Notes: generated from the letters alone by a model not told the origin. A DNA stretch of 64,000 nucleotides from an uncultured bacterium (GCA_964478165.1 CAYZGU010000039.1:7963-71962); one strand, 5' to 3'; positions 1-10,442 are shown, counted from the first letter of the stretch. Made by a program: numbers and translations.

Positions 1-942
1 CAACTTGGTATTGATAGTGAACTTTCCCAGGCAGCAGTTGATTTCTTCCTGCAAGCGGGTGAGACGTTCAAAAATCTCGTTGGCCGTTTTCCGAATGCTA
101 AGGATGCTCCACTCTGGCAGTATCAGGCGGGAGAATCCTATTTTGCGGCGCAGCAATACAAGACGGCAATTGATGAATACCACAAAGTGAGGTCGATCGA
201 CTCACAGCATCAGAGTGCCCCTGAATCGCTCTATGCGGTTGCTACGTGTTATCAATTCCTTGCTGAAGATGCGGAGCAGGCGAATGACATGACCGCTCAG
301 GAAGACTGGCATTCGAAGTTGTATGAAGCGAACCAAATTCTCGCGGACAACTATCCTAGCAGTGCTTATACAGCGGATGCCCTTATTAATTTGGGTAATA
401 AGTACTTCAACGGCGGGTCTTCGCAGGAGATCGATAAAGAGGAGCGTATTCGTCTCTACCAAATGGCGATTGAAAAATATCAACAGGCTATCGATTCTCC
501 GGGTATTAGTGTGGCATCTAAGAGCACTGCGCGCAGTTATCTGAAGGACACATCAGTGTCGCTTGCTGCTGATGTGTATATCCAGGTGACCGGTAACCTG
601 GATCGCGCGAAAGCGGCGGACAAAGACTTACAGAAAGCGGCGATTGAAAGCGTTATTGTAGAATACCAAGGGATTGTCAAGGAGTTCCCTGATACCAAAT
701 ATGCGGATCTCAGTTTAGTTCAGATTGGCGAGGGATATATGGTTTTGGCGGAGCGGGAGGACAAGTATTATAATGATGCTCTTGATTTCTTTGATAGACT
801 TTGGGGCAAGTATGCAACTGAGCCGCCTGTGGATACGCAGGTTAACCGCGCGTTGACCTATTCACAAAGCCAGGTCGCGACTATTACTTCCTATATGGAA
901 GCGAACGACGTTCACAGGCGTACAAGTCGGGGAACTGAATAA
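1..942 (+). CDS. TPR-repeat protein (YbgF/CpoB-like), 5' end outside the window
   Basis: Frame 1 is open from nucleotide 1 (QLGIDSELSQAAVDFF...) and runs into the listed ORF 187..942. The product is alpha-helical and Ala/Tyr-rich with TPR-like periodicity. Stop at 940-942. Confidence 0.5.
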   Translation, partial: QLGIDSELSQAAVDFFLQAGETFKNLVGRFPNAKDAPLWQYQAGESYFAAQQYKTAIDEYHKVRSIDSQHQSAPESLYAVATCYQFLAEDAEQANDMTAQEDWHSKLYEANQILADNYPSSAYTADALINLGNKYFNGGSSQEIDKEERIRLYQMAIEKYQQAIDSPGISVASKSTARSYLKDTSVSLAADVYIQVTGNLDRAKAADKDLQKAAIESVIVEYQGIVKEFPDTKYADLSLVQIGEGYMVLAEREDKYYNDALDFFDRLWGKYATEPPVDTQVNRALTYSQSQVATITSYMEANDVHRRTSRGTE

Positions 943-1591
943 GTCCCTTGGTTTTCATGTCGTTGAGATTACGCGATGCTAGAGCTAGGTCTGGCATGCA
1001 GCTCCTGCTGTTGGGTCAGTTTCAGTCGTCGCGTTATTTTCTCGCCGCTTATTAAACGTGTGATTAGCCATCTAGAAGGTGCGTATTGGCGCGCGTGTGT
1101 GGATTTTCAGTGGCATAGGCCACAGTTCCAGTCTACTTTCATCTTGGGGTGGGGGCCGGTCTTGGAGTCCATTTGATAGAAACGTGGGTGTCGTTGTATC
1201 TTGCTTTTGCTGCGCTGGTGCGTGTGCGGCGAAGCAACGTGATTTGTCGCGGAATGGACAAAGGGAATCCAGCGGGGCGTTTTACTAAAACCGTTGGAGC
1301 GAAAACATTTTACCTGATGGGACGATGCTTATCCCTTGGTGAGGTTGACGTGTCAGCCATTATATTTTACGTGCTATGCTGTCTGTGGACTTTTTGATGT
1401 GCTGGGCTCACTACAGGTGGCCTACGTGCACATAAGCATATTGGTGGGTGAGTGGCTAGATTTCGCATGGATGCATGGATAGGGAGCGGTGCTACCGATA
1501 TTGCCGGGAGCCTGTCTGTTGCTGAAATCTGAGAGTGACTTAATTGGTGTGAGATTTCGGCGGGCTTGTCTATGATTTTCAGGCCTGAGAC

Positions 1592-3424
1592 CTACTGCAT
1601 CTCCTTCGATAAAACCCCGACTAACACATCGAGATGAACGTGCCGGAAGAATTCCGACAGCCTTTTTTGCTTAGGCTTTTCCGGCAGTAGGATGAAGTCC
1701 GATCGCTTTTGTTGGATCTGTTCAAAGACCTTTCGATAAGCGTTGCTTGTCGCATAAGCAATCGTAAGCTTGTAATGCCCCTCGTACCTGTTGAGGTAGT
1801 CGTTGAATCGGTTTGCACAAAGCTGGATTTGATTTGTGTCGTGGGAAGATAATTGGAACTCGTAGCGTAGTACAGCTTCTTCCGATTCGAATTCCTCAGG
1901 TACGGGGCCATAAAGGCCCGACAGCGTTACTTTGTGGATAGCATCTTGGCGTTCTCCGAGGCCATCGCGGAGCTTTGTGCTGACAATGGTGTGTGTGCGC
2001 GAGCGAGAGTACGGCTTTTTCCCCGCACACGGGATAGTCAAGAGAATGTCCTTGTGTTCAGGTGGTTGATATTCGGGAGCGATAACGAAGGAATTGGGTG
2101 TGTAGTTCAAAGAAATCGGTACTGCTCCCAGGTGTTGGTGCGGGCGTTTTGTCCATGTCGGGAGAGTGACAATCCGTTTAGCTAGTCGTTTGGAAAATTG
2201 ATTGTCATGCTCGCCGAGCCATCCGACTGCATTTTGAATGCCACGAGCATTAGTGGCGTGCTTAACTAAAGCTTCGAGCGCTTGATCAGATTCAATTGCC
2301 AGTTTCATGTCTCTTAGCGTTTTCGCGTCCATTTCGAAGTTGTGGAGCGCGATTGCCGCATAATACTCGCTTTTATATTTTCCTGTCGAAGTCCTTTGAT
2401 AACTTTTGGCTTCCATGAATGCCTGCTGCATCTCTTCGAGTGGAGTGTTTCGACAAACGTGGCATTTGCAGCCTATTGTATCCAATTCCATGACCTTGAG
2501 TTTCTGTTGAGTTTTAGGGTCGGAATAGCTAAGATTCCTTGCGGCCTGGATATAACTTGTGCTATCAAAGCTATCAACTCCTAAGTATGCCAGTATAGGG
2601 GTCAGATTTCCAGAAACTCCGAAGGCATGAATGGGGGTTTGGCGTCGCTTTGATGGTGAGAGAGCGTCGATTACACCGCAAATTCGGGATAGCACTGCTG
2701 AATCATCGAATCCACGTAGAGGTACGAGGGAGCCCACCGCAAGTCCGAACGAAGGTAGGAGACCTTGTACTCGTTCGAAGACTTGAATTACGTAGTTTCG
2801 GACGTCTTCTCTAGATTGTCCGTGACAGCAGATATATAGAAACGGTGGATTAGGTTTGTCGGCAAGGATTTCCGCTACGCGCGTAGCATTGTCGATGCTG
2901 CGTTTCATTCGATTCTCAGCCTCATCGCGTGCAAGGTTTGGAGGGAGGGGATAATCCAATGACGCGAGAATCTCGCCACCGAGATTGAGTTGAAATTCGA
3001 GAATGTCCTCTGCTTCTTTGTCCTTCCGAATTCCATATTGTGAAAGATCTAACCCCGCATTGTAAAGCAACTTGAAGCCCCCTGAATCGAGAAAGATAGG
3101 TGCACCATACGACGCACCGACCTCTTTGTAGCGCTCGCGCATCGGTTTATCTCGCCAGTATGCGATATGGCGGGCCGTGAGGTTGAAATCGAGAAAGTGG
3201 AGCACTTGAGATAACATCGGTACATCTCGTTTCATGAAGTCTCTCAAAAGGTATTTCCAGATACCACCACCACGTGGACTTGTTCCGGTCATGAATGAAC
3301 TGACTGGATACATTATCGGTGTTGGTAAAGCCGATAACGCTTTGCCTTTTCTCATCAAGTTCAATTCGCCGATTCTGCCAGCATTTCGTTCGATTTTCGT
3401 TTGGTATGTTGGTGTGCTGGTCAT
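1592..3424 (-). CDS. tRNA-guanine transglycosylase (TGT) family protein with a ~230-aa C-terminal DUF5591-like extension (archaeosine-synthase-like architecture)
   Basis: 610 aa. TGT hallmarks in order: ETPxxMPV-like N-terminus (LPTPIMYPVSSFMTG), nucleophile region FLDSGGFKL, GLAVGSL, HAFGVSGN, GVDSFDSTSY, and the Zn motif CKCHVC...H. The C-terminal third (LLTIPCAGKKPYSRS...LSGLYGPVPEEFE) lies outside the TIM barrel and resembles the DUF5591 domain of ArcS-type proteins. Confidence 0.7.
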   Translation of the reverse strand: MTSTPTYQTKIERNAGRIGELNLMRKGKALSALPTPIMYPVSSFMTGTSPRGGGIWKYLLRDFMKRDVPMLSQVLHFLDFNLTARHIAYWRDKPMRERYKEVGASYGAPIFLDSGGFKLLYNAGLDLSQYGIRKDKEAEDILEFQLNLGGEILASLDYPLPPNLARDEAENRMKRSIDNATRVAEILADKPNPPFLYICCHGQSREDVRNYVIQVFERVQGLLPSFGLAVGSLVPLRGFDDSAVLSRICGVIDALSPSKRRQTPIHAFGVSGNLTPILAYLGVDSFDSTSYIQAARNLSYSDPKTQQKLKVMELDTIGCKCHVCRNTPLEEMQQAFMEAKSYQRTSTGKYKSEYYAAIALHNFEMDAKTLRDMKLAIESDQALEALVKHATNARGIQNAVGWLGEHDNQFSKRLAKRIVTLPTWTKRPHQHLGAVPISLNYTPNSFVIAPEYQPPEHKDILLTIPCAGKKPYSRSRTHTIVSTKLRDGLGERQDAIHKVTLSGLYGPVPEEFESEEAVLRYEFQLSSHDTNQIQLCANRFNDYLNRYEGHYKLTIAYATSNAYRKVFEQIQQKRSDFILLPEKPKQKRLSEFFRHVHLDVLVGVLSKEMQ

Positions 3425-3502
3425 TTTATTGGTGTGCTTAGGGACGCGAAAAGCCGTTTGGTTGATTCCGGAAGCATTAAAAGCATTAATGATTAACGCA
3501 GG

Positions 3503-3883
3503 TTATTCTGCTTCGAGTCGTGCTGCCCCCCATTCCTTCCCCTCGAGTTCCCGCAGTTCAACTTCTACAGCGCTGAGCTTTACACCCAACGTCCTTAACT
3601 TGGAAGAGACGTGGAAAAAGAAGTGAGCGGCCAACATCTCGCATGTTGGATACGCCGCTTGTTCTTCAGTCAAAGCGGGGTTTTCGTTAAGATAAGTTTC
3701 GGAGAGTTTTTCGACGCATGGATCTGTGATCTCGCGCAGCTTAAGAATGTCAACAACCATACCATGCTTAGGAATGCCCCTCACGTAAAGTTTTAGTGTC
3801 CAGAAGTGGTTGTGTGGCTTTTCTCGGACAGAAAGACTGTGGCTTGCGTAGAATTCAAAAGGGACAATTACCGTTGTATACAA
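3503..3883 (-). CDS. QueD/PTPS-family protein (6-carboxy-tetrahydropterin-synthase-like); catalytic Cys not conserved
   Basis: 126 aa. Aligns by eye along its full length to E. coli QueD (FEFYASHSL ~ FTFEAAHRL; PHNHFWTLKLYV ~ LHGHSFMVRLEI; GMVVDILKL ~ GWIIDFAEL; YLNENPAL ~ YLNDIPGL). The H...HxH Zn triad is present, but the Cys four residues before HxH is replaced (VREKPHNH). Co-oriented 78 bp upstream of the TGT-like gene. Confidence 0.65.
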   Translation of the reverse strand: MYTTVIVPFEFYASHSLSVREKPHNHFWTLKLYVRGIPKHGMVVDILKLREITDPCVEKLSETYLNENPALTEEQAAYPTCEMLAAHFFFHVSSKLRTLGVKLSAVEVELRELEGKEWGAARLEAE

Positions 3884-5254
3884 TATATGCGTATCCTTTC
3901 CTCGGAGAAGGAGAGATGAACAGCTGCAAAAAATGTCATGATAAGTCGCGATTCCGAGCCTCTGAGCTTTGCATACGAAACGCTGTTAGAAAATGGATCA
4001 AGCTAACACGAAGCGATGCGGATAGCATGTTGAAAACGATGAACCTCTTTGTAAAATGTGCTATCCTAGGAGAGTAAACAGATGAATACGGCCTGCAAGC
4101 GGGTGCTAGCATTTAATTGACTGATGATGAGTGCCATGATAGGACAAACTTTCATCTTTGATGGAAATTCGGAAACTATTTATTAGGTTGAGGTCGAGGC
4201 GCGCTAAAGCCAAATTGGTCAATGGTCCTGAGGTTTCGCAGAGGTCGTGCTTGGTACTAGGCCTGATTCTGACTCCTGTGGAGTGATGTTAGGTTTCTAG
4301 ATTGTTTTAGGTCATGTGAGGACGAACCTAGAAGCGCTTCTTATGTTGCACAGTCAATGATTGAGAGGCTTGGTCATTCGCTTTTGTAAGTAACACCCAG
4401 TGTACCATATTTCAACGGGTTTTCCCACACCTTTGCTTGCTTGAATCACCTAATACAGCTTTTTGTCTCAGATTGATTAGGTTTTTCATTGACGATGTTT
4501 ATCACCAATGCTATGATTTGAGCGATGTGGGAGGACGATTGAATAATTCCGCGCGTGGCGTCATCTTGGGCTAGTCTATCTGCGAAGCGCTGTTGGCCGC
4601 ACTTGTTGATTTGGAATCAGATTTTACATCGTCTAGCGCTTGTGGGGCTATGGATTGGACGAGAAATGTTTAGTTTGTGCAAAATTGTCTTGTATCTTGT
4701 GCTCCAGATAATCGCCCTATCAGCTGTTGTAGCCATCACCGCTGCTGACCTGGTGCAAGTGATTTAATGACCTTGAGACTTTCGCGTGGTTGTGTGGTCG
4801 GCGTGGATTGATTCTTGGGTTAGTATTAACGTGCTGTGAATCGTTGTTTGAGTAGCTGTCGGATTTGTGGAAAGTCGTTTGTTGAAAACAGTGTTGGCGG
4901 AAGTGGTTCTGCACTGATAGGCATTCTGCCGTTGACGTACTCCATGGTTCTAATCACAGGAAACATCCGCTGTTCCGAAACCTCCTGTAATCGTGTAGAT
5001 CGTCGAGTTGCTTGGGTTTCTACTGACTCGGTTTCTTCCGATGCTCTCGCAGGTGACTGACGTAGCTCTAAATTTGGGCTATTATCAGTTATGTGTTCCC
5101 GATGATTGTTCTCCGTGTAGGCCCTGAGTGGGAACGGTCGGCCTGCGAAGTCACTTTCACCACGATCTGATTAATGATCCGTTTGCTCAGTATAGAGCTC
5201 GGTAAATTGGAAATATATTTGGGATGTTCTCGCGTGTAAGCTTGATGTTTTTCG

Positions 5255-5896
5255 TTGGAGCTGTCTTCAATGAAACTGACAACAGGAGTTATCCTAGCTG
5301 GTGGAAATAGCCAGCGAATGGGCCAGAACAAAGCGCTGATGGAGCTAAATGATGAAACAGTCATTGAACGTGTTCTACGACCTCTCCGAATCGCTACTGC
5401 GAATGTCCTCCTAGTTACAAATACACCACAATTATATGCCCACTTGCGCTTGCCTATGTACAAGGATCTTGTTCCAGGTACAGGTGCTCTCGGCGGAATC
5501 TACACAGGACTTCACTACGCCACGAGTAATGCTGTGCTTTGCGTTGCGTGTGATATGCCACGGCTACAATCAAGCCTGATGAATTATCTGGTGTCGGTCT
5601 TGGGAAATTACGATGCTGTTGTGCCTTGCATACGGAGCGCGGACTCGGCTGGACAGAGTTTCGAAACGCTATGCGCGGTCTACACCAAGCGTTGTACCCA
5701 TGCTATCAGTCAATTGCTTGATGAAGGTGAATTGCGTGTGCATGCTCTGCTTGATCGTATCTCGGTTCGTACTGTCGAGCCGGAGGAATGGACTGAGTTC
5801 GATCCACATGGGGTCTCGTTTTCGAATCTTAACACGCCCCTAGATTTCGAAAGAGTGAAGGGGCGATTAGTTAAAGAGAAGGTGGAGGAGATATAG
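5255..5896 (+). CDS. mobA: Molybdenum cofactor guanylyltransferase MobA
   Basis: GVILAGGNSQRMG nucleotidyltransferase N-terminal motif; about 200 aa; immediately followed by moeA. The start may instead be the Met at 5270. Confidence 0.8.
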   Translation: MELSSMKLTTGVILAGGNSQRMGQNKALMELNDETVIERVLRPLRIATANVLLVTNTPQLYAHLRLPMYKDLVPGTGALGGIYTGLHYATSNAVLCVACDMPRLQSSLMNYLVSVLGNYDAVVPCIRSADSAGQSFETLCAVYTKRCTHAISQLLDEGELRVHALLDRISVRTVEPEEWTEFDPHGVSFSNLNTPLDFERVKGRLVKEKVEEI

Positions 5897-5897
5897 G

Positions 5898-7112
5898 ATG
5901 TTAACGGTCGAACAAGCGCGTGAGCGAATGCTAGGTACGATTGGCGTATTGCCAACCGAAAGGCGAGGTATATTGGATTGTCTAGGTTATGTGCTAGCAG
6001 AAGACATCTATGCAGCGGAGCACATCCCTCCGTTTGATAACTCCGCCATGGATGGTTTTGCCGTAATCGCCCAAGACGTGCAAGGTGCAGTCCGAGATCG
6101 ACCTGTACAACTATCGGTCACTGAAACTATCGCTGCCGGGTATGCACCGACAAACGAGCTTGAATCGGGACAGGCCGCGCGCATCATGACTGGTGCTATG
6201 TTGCCAAACGGTGCAGATTCGGTCGTTATGCAAGAAGTTGTGGAATTGGATGGGAACAAGGTAAGAATCCTTGAGCGTGTGGAAGAGGCCGAAAATGTGC
6301 GGTTCACTGGAGAAAGCGTGAAACGCGGAGATCTCGTTATGGAAAGAGGAAAGTTCCTGCGCGCACAAGAGTGTTCGATGCTGGCTTCGCTGAACCAGTC
6401 GGATGTTCTGGTTCACAGGCGGCCACGGGTCGCGGTTGTTTCCACGGGCGATGAATTGACCTCACTTGGACAAGCGTTGGAACCCGGCAAGATTCGTGAC
6501 AGCAATCGTTATGGCATCTATGCGCAACTTCAAGAGGCGGATTGCATACCAATTGACATGGGAATTGCGCCCGATGACGAGTTGGAAACGGAGAGAATCT
6601 TCCGAGATGGTCTGAGTCGCGCAGATGCTCTGATTACCAGTGGTGGTGTTTCAGTTGGACAGTATGATGTTGTTAAGACGGTATTATCCAGGCTCGGGAA
6701 AGTTCAGTTCTGGCGAGTGGCCATGAAGCCGGGAAAACCCCAAGCGTATGGTCTCGCAGCCGGGAAGCCGATTTTTGGATTGCCTGGAAATCCCGTGTCC
6801 TCGCTTGTCGTGTTTGAGCTTTTCGTTCGCCCATCCCTCCTAAAAATGGCCGGGCATTCGAACCTATTTCGTCCTAACTTCAGGGCAATTTTAGGAGAAA
6901 ATATTGTCAACAAAGATAAACGCGTCAACTATATGCGTGCGATTATCAAGGAGAATGGAGGAAAATACCACGCAATGACTACCGGGGCACAGGGATCCGG
7001 AATCCTCTACTCTCTCGTTCTAGCAAATGGATTTATCGTTGTGCCAGGCGGGGTGTCACTCGATGCGGGGGACGAGGTAGATGCCCAGTTTTTGGGTGAT
7101 GTTCCAGGCTAA
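5898..7112 (+). CDS. moeA: Molybdopterin molybdenumtransferase MoeA (gephyrin E-domain family)
   Basis: 404 aa. MoeA-like N-terminus (ARERML...ERRGILDCLGYVLAEDIYA) and the GGVSVGxYD and GLPGNPVS motifs. Starts 2 nt after the mobA stop. Confidence 0.85.
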   Translation: MLTVEQARERMLGTIGVLPTERRGILDCLGYVLAEDIYAAEHIPPFDNSAMDGFAVIAQDVQGAVRDRPVQLSVTETIAAGYAPTNELESGQAARIMTGAMLPNGADSVVMQEVVELDGNKVRILERVEEAENVRFTGESVKRGDLVMERGKFLRAQECSMLASLNQSDVLVHRRPRVAVVSTGDELTSLGQALEPGKIRDSNRYGIYAQLQEADCIPIDMGIAPDDELETERIFRDGLSRADALITSGGVSVGQYDVVKTVLSRLGKVQFWRVAMKPGKPQAYGLAAGKPIFGLPGNPVSSLVVFELFVRPSLLKMAGHSNLFRPNFRAILGENIVNKDKRVNYMRAIIKENGGKYHAMTTGAQGSGILYSLVLANGFIVVPGGVSLDAGDEVDAQFLGDVPG

Positions 7113-7213
7113 TTCTGCGCCATTCGCAGCTTAGTGTTTTCGGCCATCGCCCGACCAAAAAGGATTGGACGCGACACTTTTCTGTTCTGGCATCCTTGCC
7201 AAACGAGATGCAG

Positions 7214-7543
7214 CTATACGCTGAACGATTCTCCACAGCCACATTCTGATTTTGCGTTCGGATTGATAATCTTGAATCCAGAATCCATTAATCCATCCTT
7301 ATAGTCGAGAGTTGATCCTGCGAGATACAGAGTGCTCCGCGGATCAATGTAAATCTTCAAACCGTGGAATTCAAATACCTTGTCGCTTCCTTTGGACTCA
7401 CCAAATTCAAGATTGTACTGGAAACCTGAACATCCCCCGCCAACAATTTGCATGCGTAGGCCAAATCCGTCATCGGTGGAATGACCTTCCTGTTCTATAA
7501 GGCCAATTGCTTTCTGGGCGGCATTTTCAGTAACCGTAATCAT
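7214..7543 (-). CDS. erpA: A-type Fe-S cluster carrier (ErpA/IscA, HesB family)
   Basis: 109 aa. GGGCSGFQY plus a C-terminal CGCGESF, the three conserved Cys of A-type carriers. Overlaps the upstream iscU-like gene by 4 nt. Confidence 0.85.
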   Translation of the reverse strand: MITVTENAAQKAIGLIEQEGHSTDDGFGLRMQIVGGGCSGFQYNLEFGESKGSDKVFEFHGLKIYIDPRSTLYLAGSTLDYKDGLMDSGFKIINPNAKSECGCGESFSV

Positions 7544-7929
7544 GGCAGTTCTCCTGGCTGTGATTTTGCGTTTGACAGATAGTCATGGATTGCTGATTTG
7601 AAGACCTTTTCTGCGTCAATCGCGTATCTTTGTGTTTCGGACGGCAAACCACCTAACGCATTTTCGATGTGATGACTCGTGACCTTCAAGGCTTCTTCGA
7701 TGTGAAGACCTTTTATCAGTTCCGTTACAACGGAACTGACTGCGATGACAGTTGGGCATCCGAATGCCTTGAACTGTGCATCTCCTATCTTACCGTCGAG
7801 AATCTTAATTGATAGTTTTATCATTTCACCATTCGCAGGTGCGCCCACAATTCCCATGCCGTCAGCGTTTTCGATTGTGCCGACGTTCTGCGGGTTTTCA
7901 TAGTGATTCATAATCTGTGGAGTATACAC
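7540..7929 (-). CDS. IscU/NifU-N-like scaffold homolog with non-canonical ligand set
   Basis: 129 aa. HYENPQNVG and GAPAxG(D/E)xMKL align to IscU. Cys1 is replaced by Asn (GAPANGEM), Cys2 is kept (FGCPTV), and the His-Cys3 pair is replaced by Arg-Tyr (TQRYAIDAE). Confidence 0.7.
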   Translation of the reverse strand: MYTPQIMNHYENPQNVGTIENADGMGIVGAPANGEMIKLSIKILDGKIGDAQFKAFGCPTVIAVSSVVTELIKGLHIEEALKVTSHHIENALGGLPSETQRYAIDAEKVFKSAIHDYLSNAKSQPGELP

Positions 7930-8159
7930 ATGTCACCAATTCTCTCGAGCAAGAGGGTCACCTGAAGCAGAGTACCCCTAATTATATTCTAATAATGAAT
8001 CGATGTCAACACATATACTGTTGAATTGTCCGGACGTTTTGTGCCATGTCCTTAGATTCTGAGTGATATTGTGACCTATTGATTGCGTAGGTGTTTCGGG
8101 CTATGTGGCGCTGGGCCTCGAGATTGGAGAAGGTCCATCTGACCTTCTGTTGGTTCTGC

Positions 8160-9590
8160 TCAGCAGAACCAGGGCTCTGTAAGCCGTGGAGCTCGGATTC
8201 GATTCGGTGAGAGCGGTTGATGTCTCGGAGGGGTCTCTCCCTGAATTTCCGCGGCCAGCTCCCACACGTTATGGAATGTCTTTTCAGCCGTCACGCCCAA
8301 TCGAGAATTTTTCTCGACCTTTGTGTTCACAGCTTTGTACAGCTCGTCCATTTGTGGATTAGGGTGCTCCCATCGATAGCTGAAGGAACTCTGGTCGAGC
8401 GTGCCAAGATAGGTCTTCATAGAGGTGCTGTTAAGAAGGAGAGACCCTGGCGGTACTAACAGCCGTATTGTATATTGGACAGGATCGACGTGGTCAATAA
8501 GCCGGTGTCGTTCGACAAATTCGAGCATTTCAAGATAATCGCCTAAGGTCGTCCACGGAGTAAATGCTAGCCAGGTTGGCCGTAGTGAAATGCCGGTGCT
8601 ATGTACGATTGCGATTGCCTCTTTGACATCTGCTCGTGTGTGACTCTTCTTCAGAACCTTAAGGACAGTGTCGCTTAATGATTCCACTGCGGAAACGGTG
8701 AACAAGCACCCGAGTTGACTTAGTTCTGGAAATAAGGTTCGGTGCTTAAGAATATGTTCAATTTTGGAGACAAAGTCGAATGTCAATGACGAAAACTTTT
8801 CGTGCATTTTTCGGACAAGACGCAACGAATGTGTTGGGCCGTTCAAGAAATCCGGATCGCCAAATGAAATGTGTGTCGCTCCTGCATCAACCTGTCTACT
8901 AATGTCCTCCATCACAACCTCTTGTGGAATAGCGAAGAAGCGTCCGCCATATACAGGCGGAATGGGACAATGTGTACAGACGTGTTTACAGCCACGGCTT
9001 GCTTCAACATATCCGATGAGGCGCTGCTCGCCCTGATGTTCAAGACGGGAATAGTTTCTAAGTGATGGTAAGGCACGTCGAGATGGTACCGGAAAGTCTG
9101 TGCGTTGGAGGAAAGGCGTGCTTTCAAGGCTACGTCCAATAATGCCTTCAGGCATATCTAATCTCGAATCTCCTGATGACGAACATTCGTGGTTCTCGAC
9201 CTTTTGGATCAGTGCAAGGAGCGGTTCTTCATATTCACCCGTAATACAGAAGTCTACCCCATTTTTCAGCAGATAATCCGAGTTCAAACCAGCGTAGAGT
9301 CCGTAGAGGCAGATAATTGCATCTGGATTAATTGTGCGAACACGTTCGACAACACTAACTCCTAGGCGTAATGCCGTGTGCATTGGTACCGAAATACCGA
9401 CAAAGCGGGCGCGCATAACCTTCTGGACATCCATGGTCTCAACGGAGACGTCAATTGCCTCCGCTGAAAATCCTGCGCGCTCCAGGACCCCGAGCGGCAT
9501 TGCAACTCCCATGGGTTGACGCCCCAGTTCATAACATGAAATTAGCAGCACTGCACCGGCTGATCGTATTTCTGAGACTCGTTTTTGCAT
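8160..9590 (-). CDS. B12-binding-domain radical SAM protein (class B radical SAM, function unknown)
   Basis: 476 aa. N-terminal Rossmann-like B12-binding region, then CKHVCTHC (Cx3Cx2C) radical SAM cluster motif with the expected spacing. First gene of a minus-strand Fe-S module. Confidence 0.75.
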   Translation of the reverse strand: MQKRVSEIRSAGAVLLISCYELGRQPMGVAMPLGVLERAGFSAEAIDVSVETMDVQKVMRARFVGISVPMHTALRLGVSVVERVRTINPDAIICLYGLYAGLNSDYLLKNGVDFCITGEYEEPLLALIQKVENHECSSSGDSRLDMPEGIIGRSLESTPFLQRTDFPVPSRRALPSLRNYSRLEHQGEQRLIGYVEASRGCKHVCTHCPIPPVYGGRFFAIPQEVVMEDISRQVDAGATHISFGDPDFLNGPTHSLRLVRKMHEKFSSLTFDFVSKIEHILKHRTLFPELSQLGCLFTVSAVESLSDTVLKVLKKSHTRADVKEAIAIVHSTGISLRPTWLAFTPWTTLGDYLEMLEFVERHRLIDHVDPVQYTIRLLVPPGSLLLNSTSMKTYLGTLDQSSFSYRWEHPNPQMDELYKAVNTKVEKNSRLGVTAEKTFHNVWELAAEIQGETPPRHQPLSPNRIRAPRLTEPWFC

Positions 9591-10442
9591 GAATGTTGCC
9601 TCCTTCCCCCTAGCCTAAGGAATTCGAAAGATGGGTTAATTATAACATATTTATCCCACTTGGACAAAAACTAACGGAATTGATTCCGTCTGCTTATCGC
9701 GTGAGGTTGCGTTAAAGTCTGGGGCTATGCATCAGCGGATTCCCAAAACTTATTTGTCAGAATTATAAATGTGTTGCGAGAGGTGTTGTGGATTGGGCCA
9801 ATCATTTTGTAAGTAAGCTACAGCGGATCGTTGTCGTGAGTGGAAACAAACATTTCAACAAATCAGGTCTTGCTCACATTCCAGTGGCTTTCCTGTGAAT
9901 TGTGCCCTATTCTGTTATCCTGCCTGTCCATGAGTGTTCACACCAGAGGGACTTGACAAGCTTTGCATCGATGAAGCAAGGGTTTGGAGTTTGAAGATGC
10001 GATACGAGGTATACTGTGAGGTGTTCTGCTGTAGCTAGTGAACAGATATGGAACACTGTGCTTTTGGTGCTGTACGCACTGAGCTCCTTCCTGCATGAGA
10101 CTGTGCGTGATTGCCTGCGCGAGTGTGATTTCTTAGGGTACACATTGAGCCATTACTAGCCAACGATTGTACTGAACTTGTTATGATTTCGTGAATTTCA
10201 ATACGTCCTACGATTGGGACATAGCTGATGCGCTGCTAATTTGCCGACCGATGAGCACTGGAATTATTAGAAACTATAACTCGATTGCCTAACGTTTGTT
10301 CGCTTATCAAGGTCATTTGGAATAGTGAACACTAAGAAATATCAAGGAAGCTGGACGATTGAATTATAGGTTCCCATTCAGCGAATACGGTTGTCATGAG
10401 AGTTTCTTGTCCGACGTGCTAAATTGAACTCCCTTCTGTTTC

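Noticed and set aside
976-1397. Three overlapping 66-82 aa ORFs between the convergent TPR and TGT-like genes
   Set aside because: No RBS, no domain signal, and they overlap one another. Probably a non-coding convergent terminator region.
4555-4767. 70-aa hydrophobic small ORF in the 1.3 kb gap upstream of the QueD-like gene
   Set aside because: No Shine-Dalgarno and no conserved features. Cannot be separated from a random ORF without conservation or Ribo-seq data.
7970-7995. Fur-box-like AT-rich site (taataatgaatcgatgtc) upstream of the iscU-like gene
   Set aside because: Only about 9 of 19 positions match the GATAATGATAATCATTATC consensus. Most likely just AT-rich promoter DNA.
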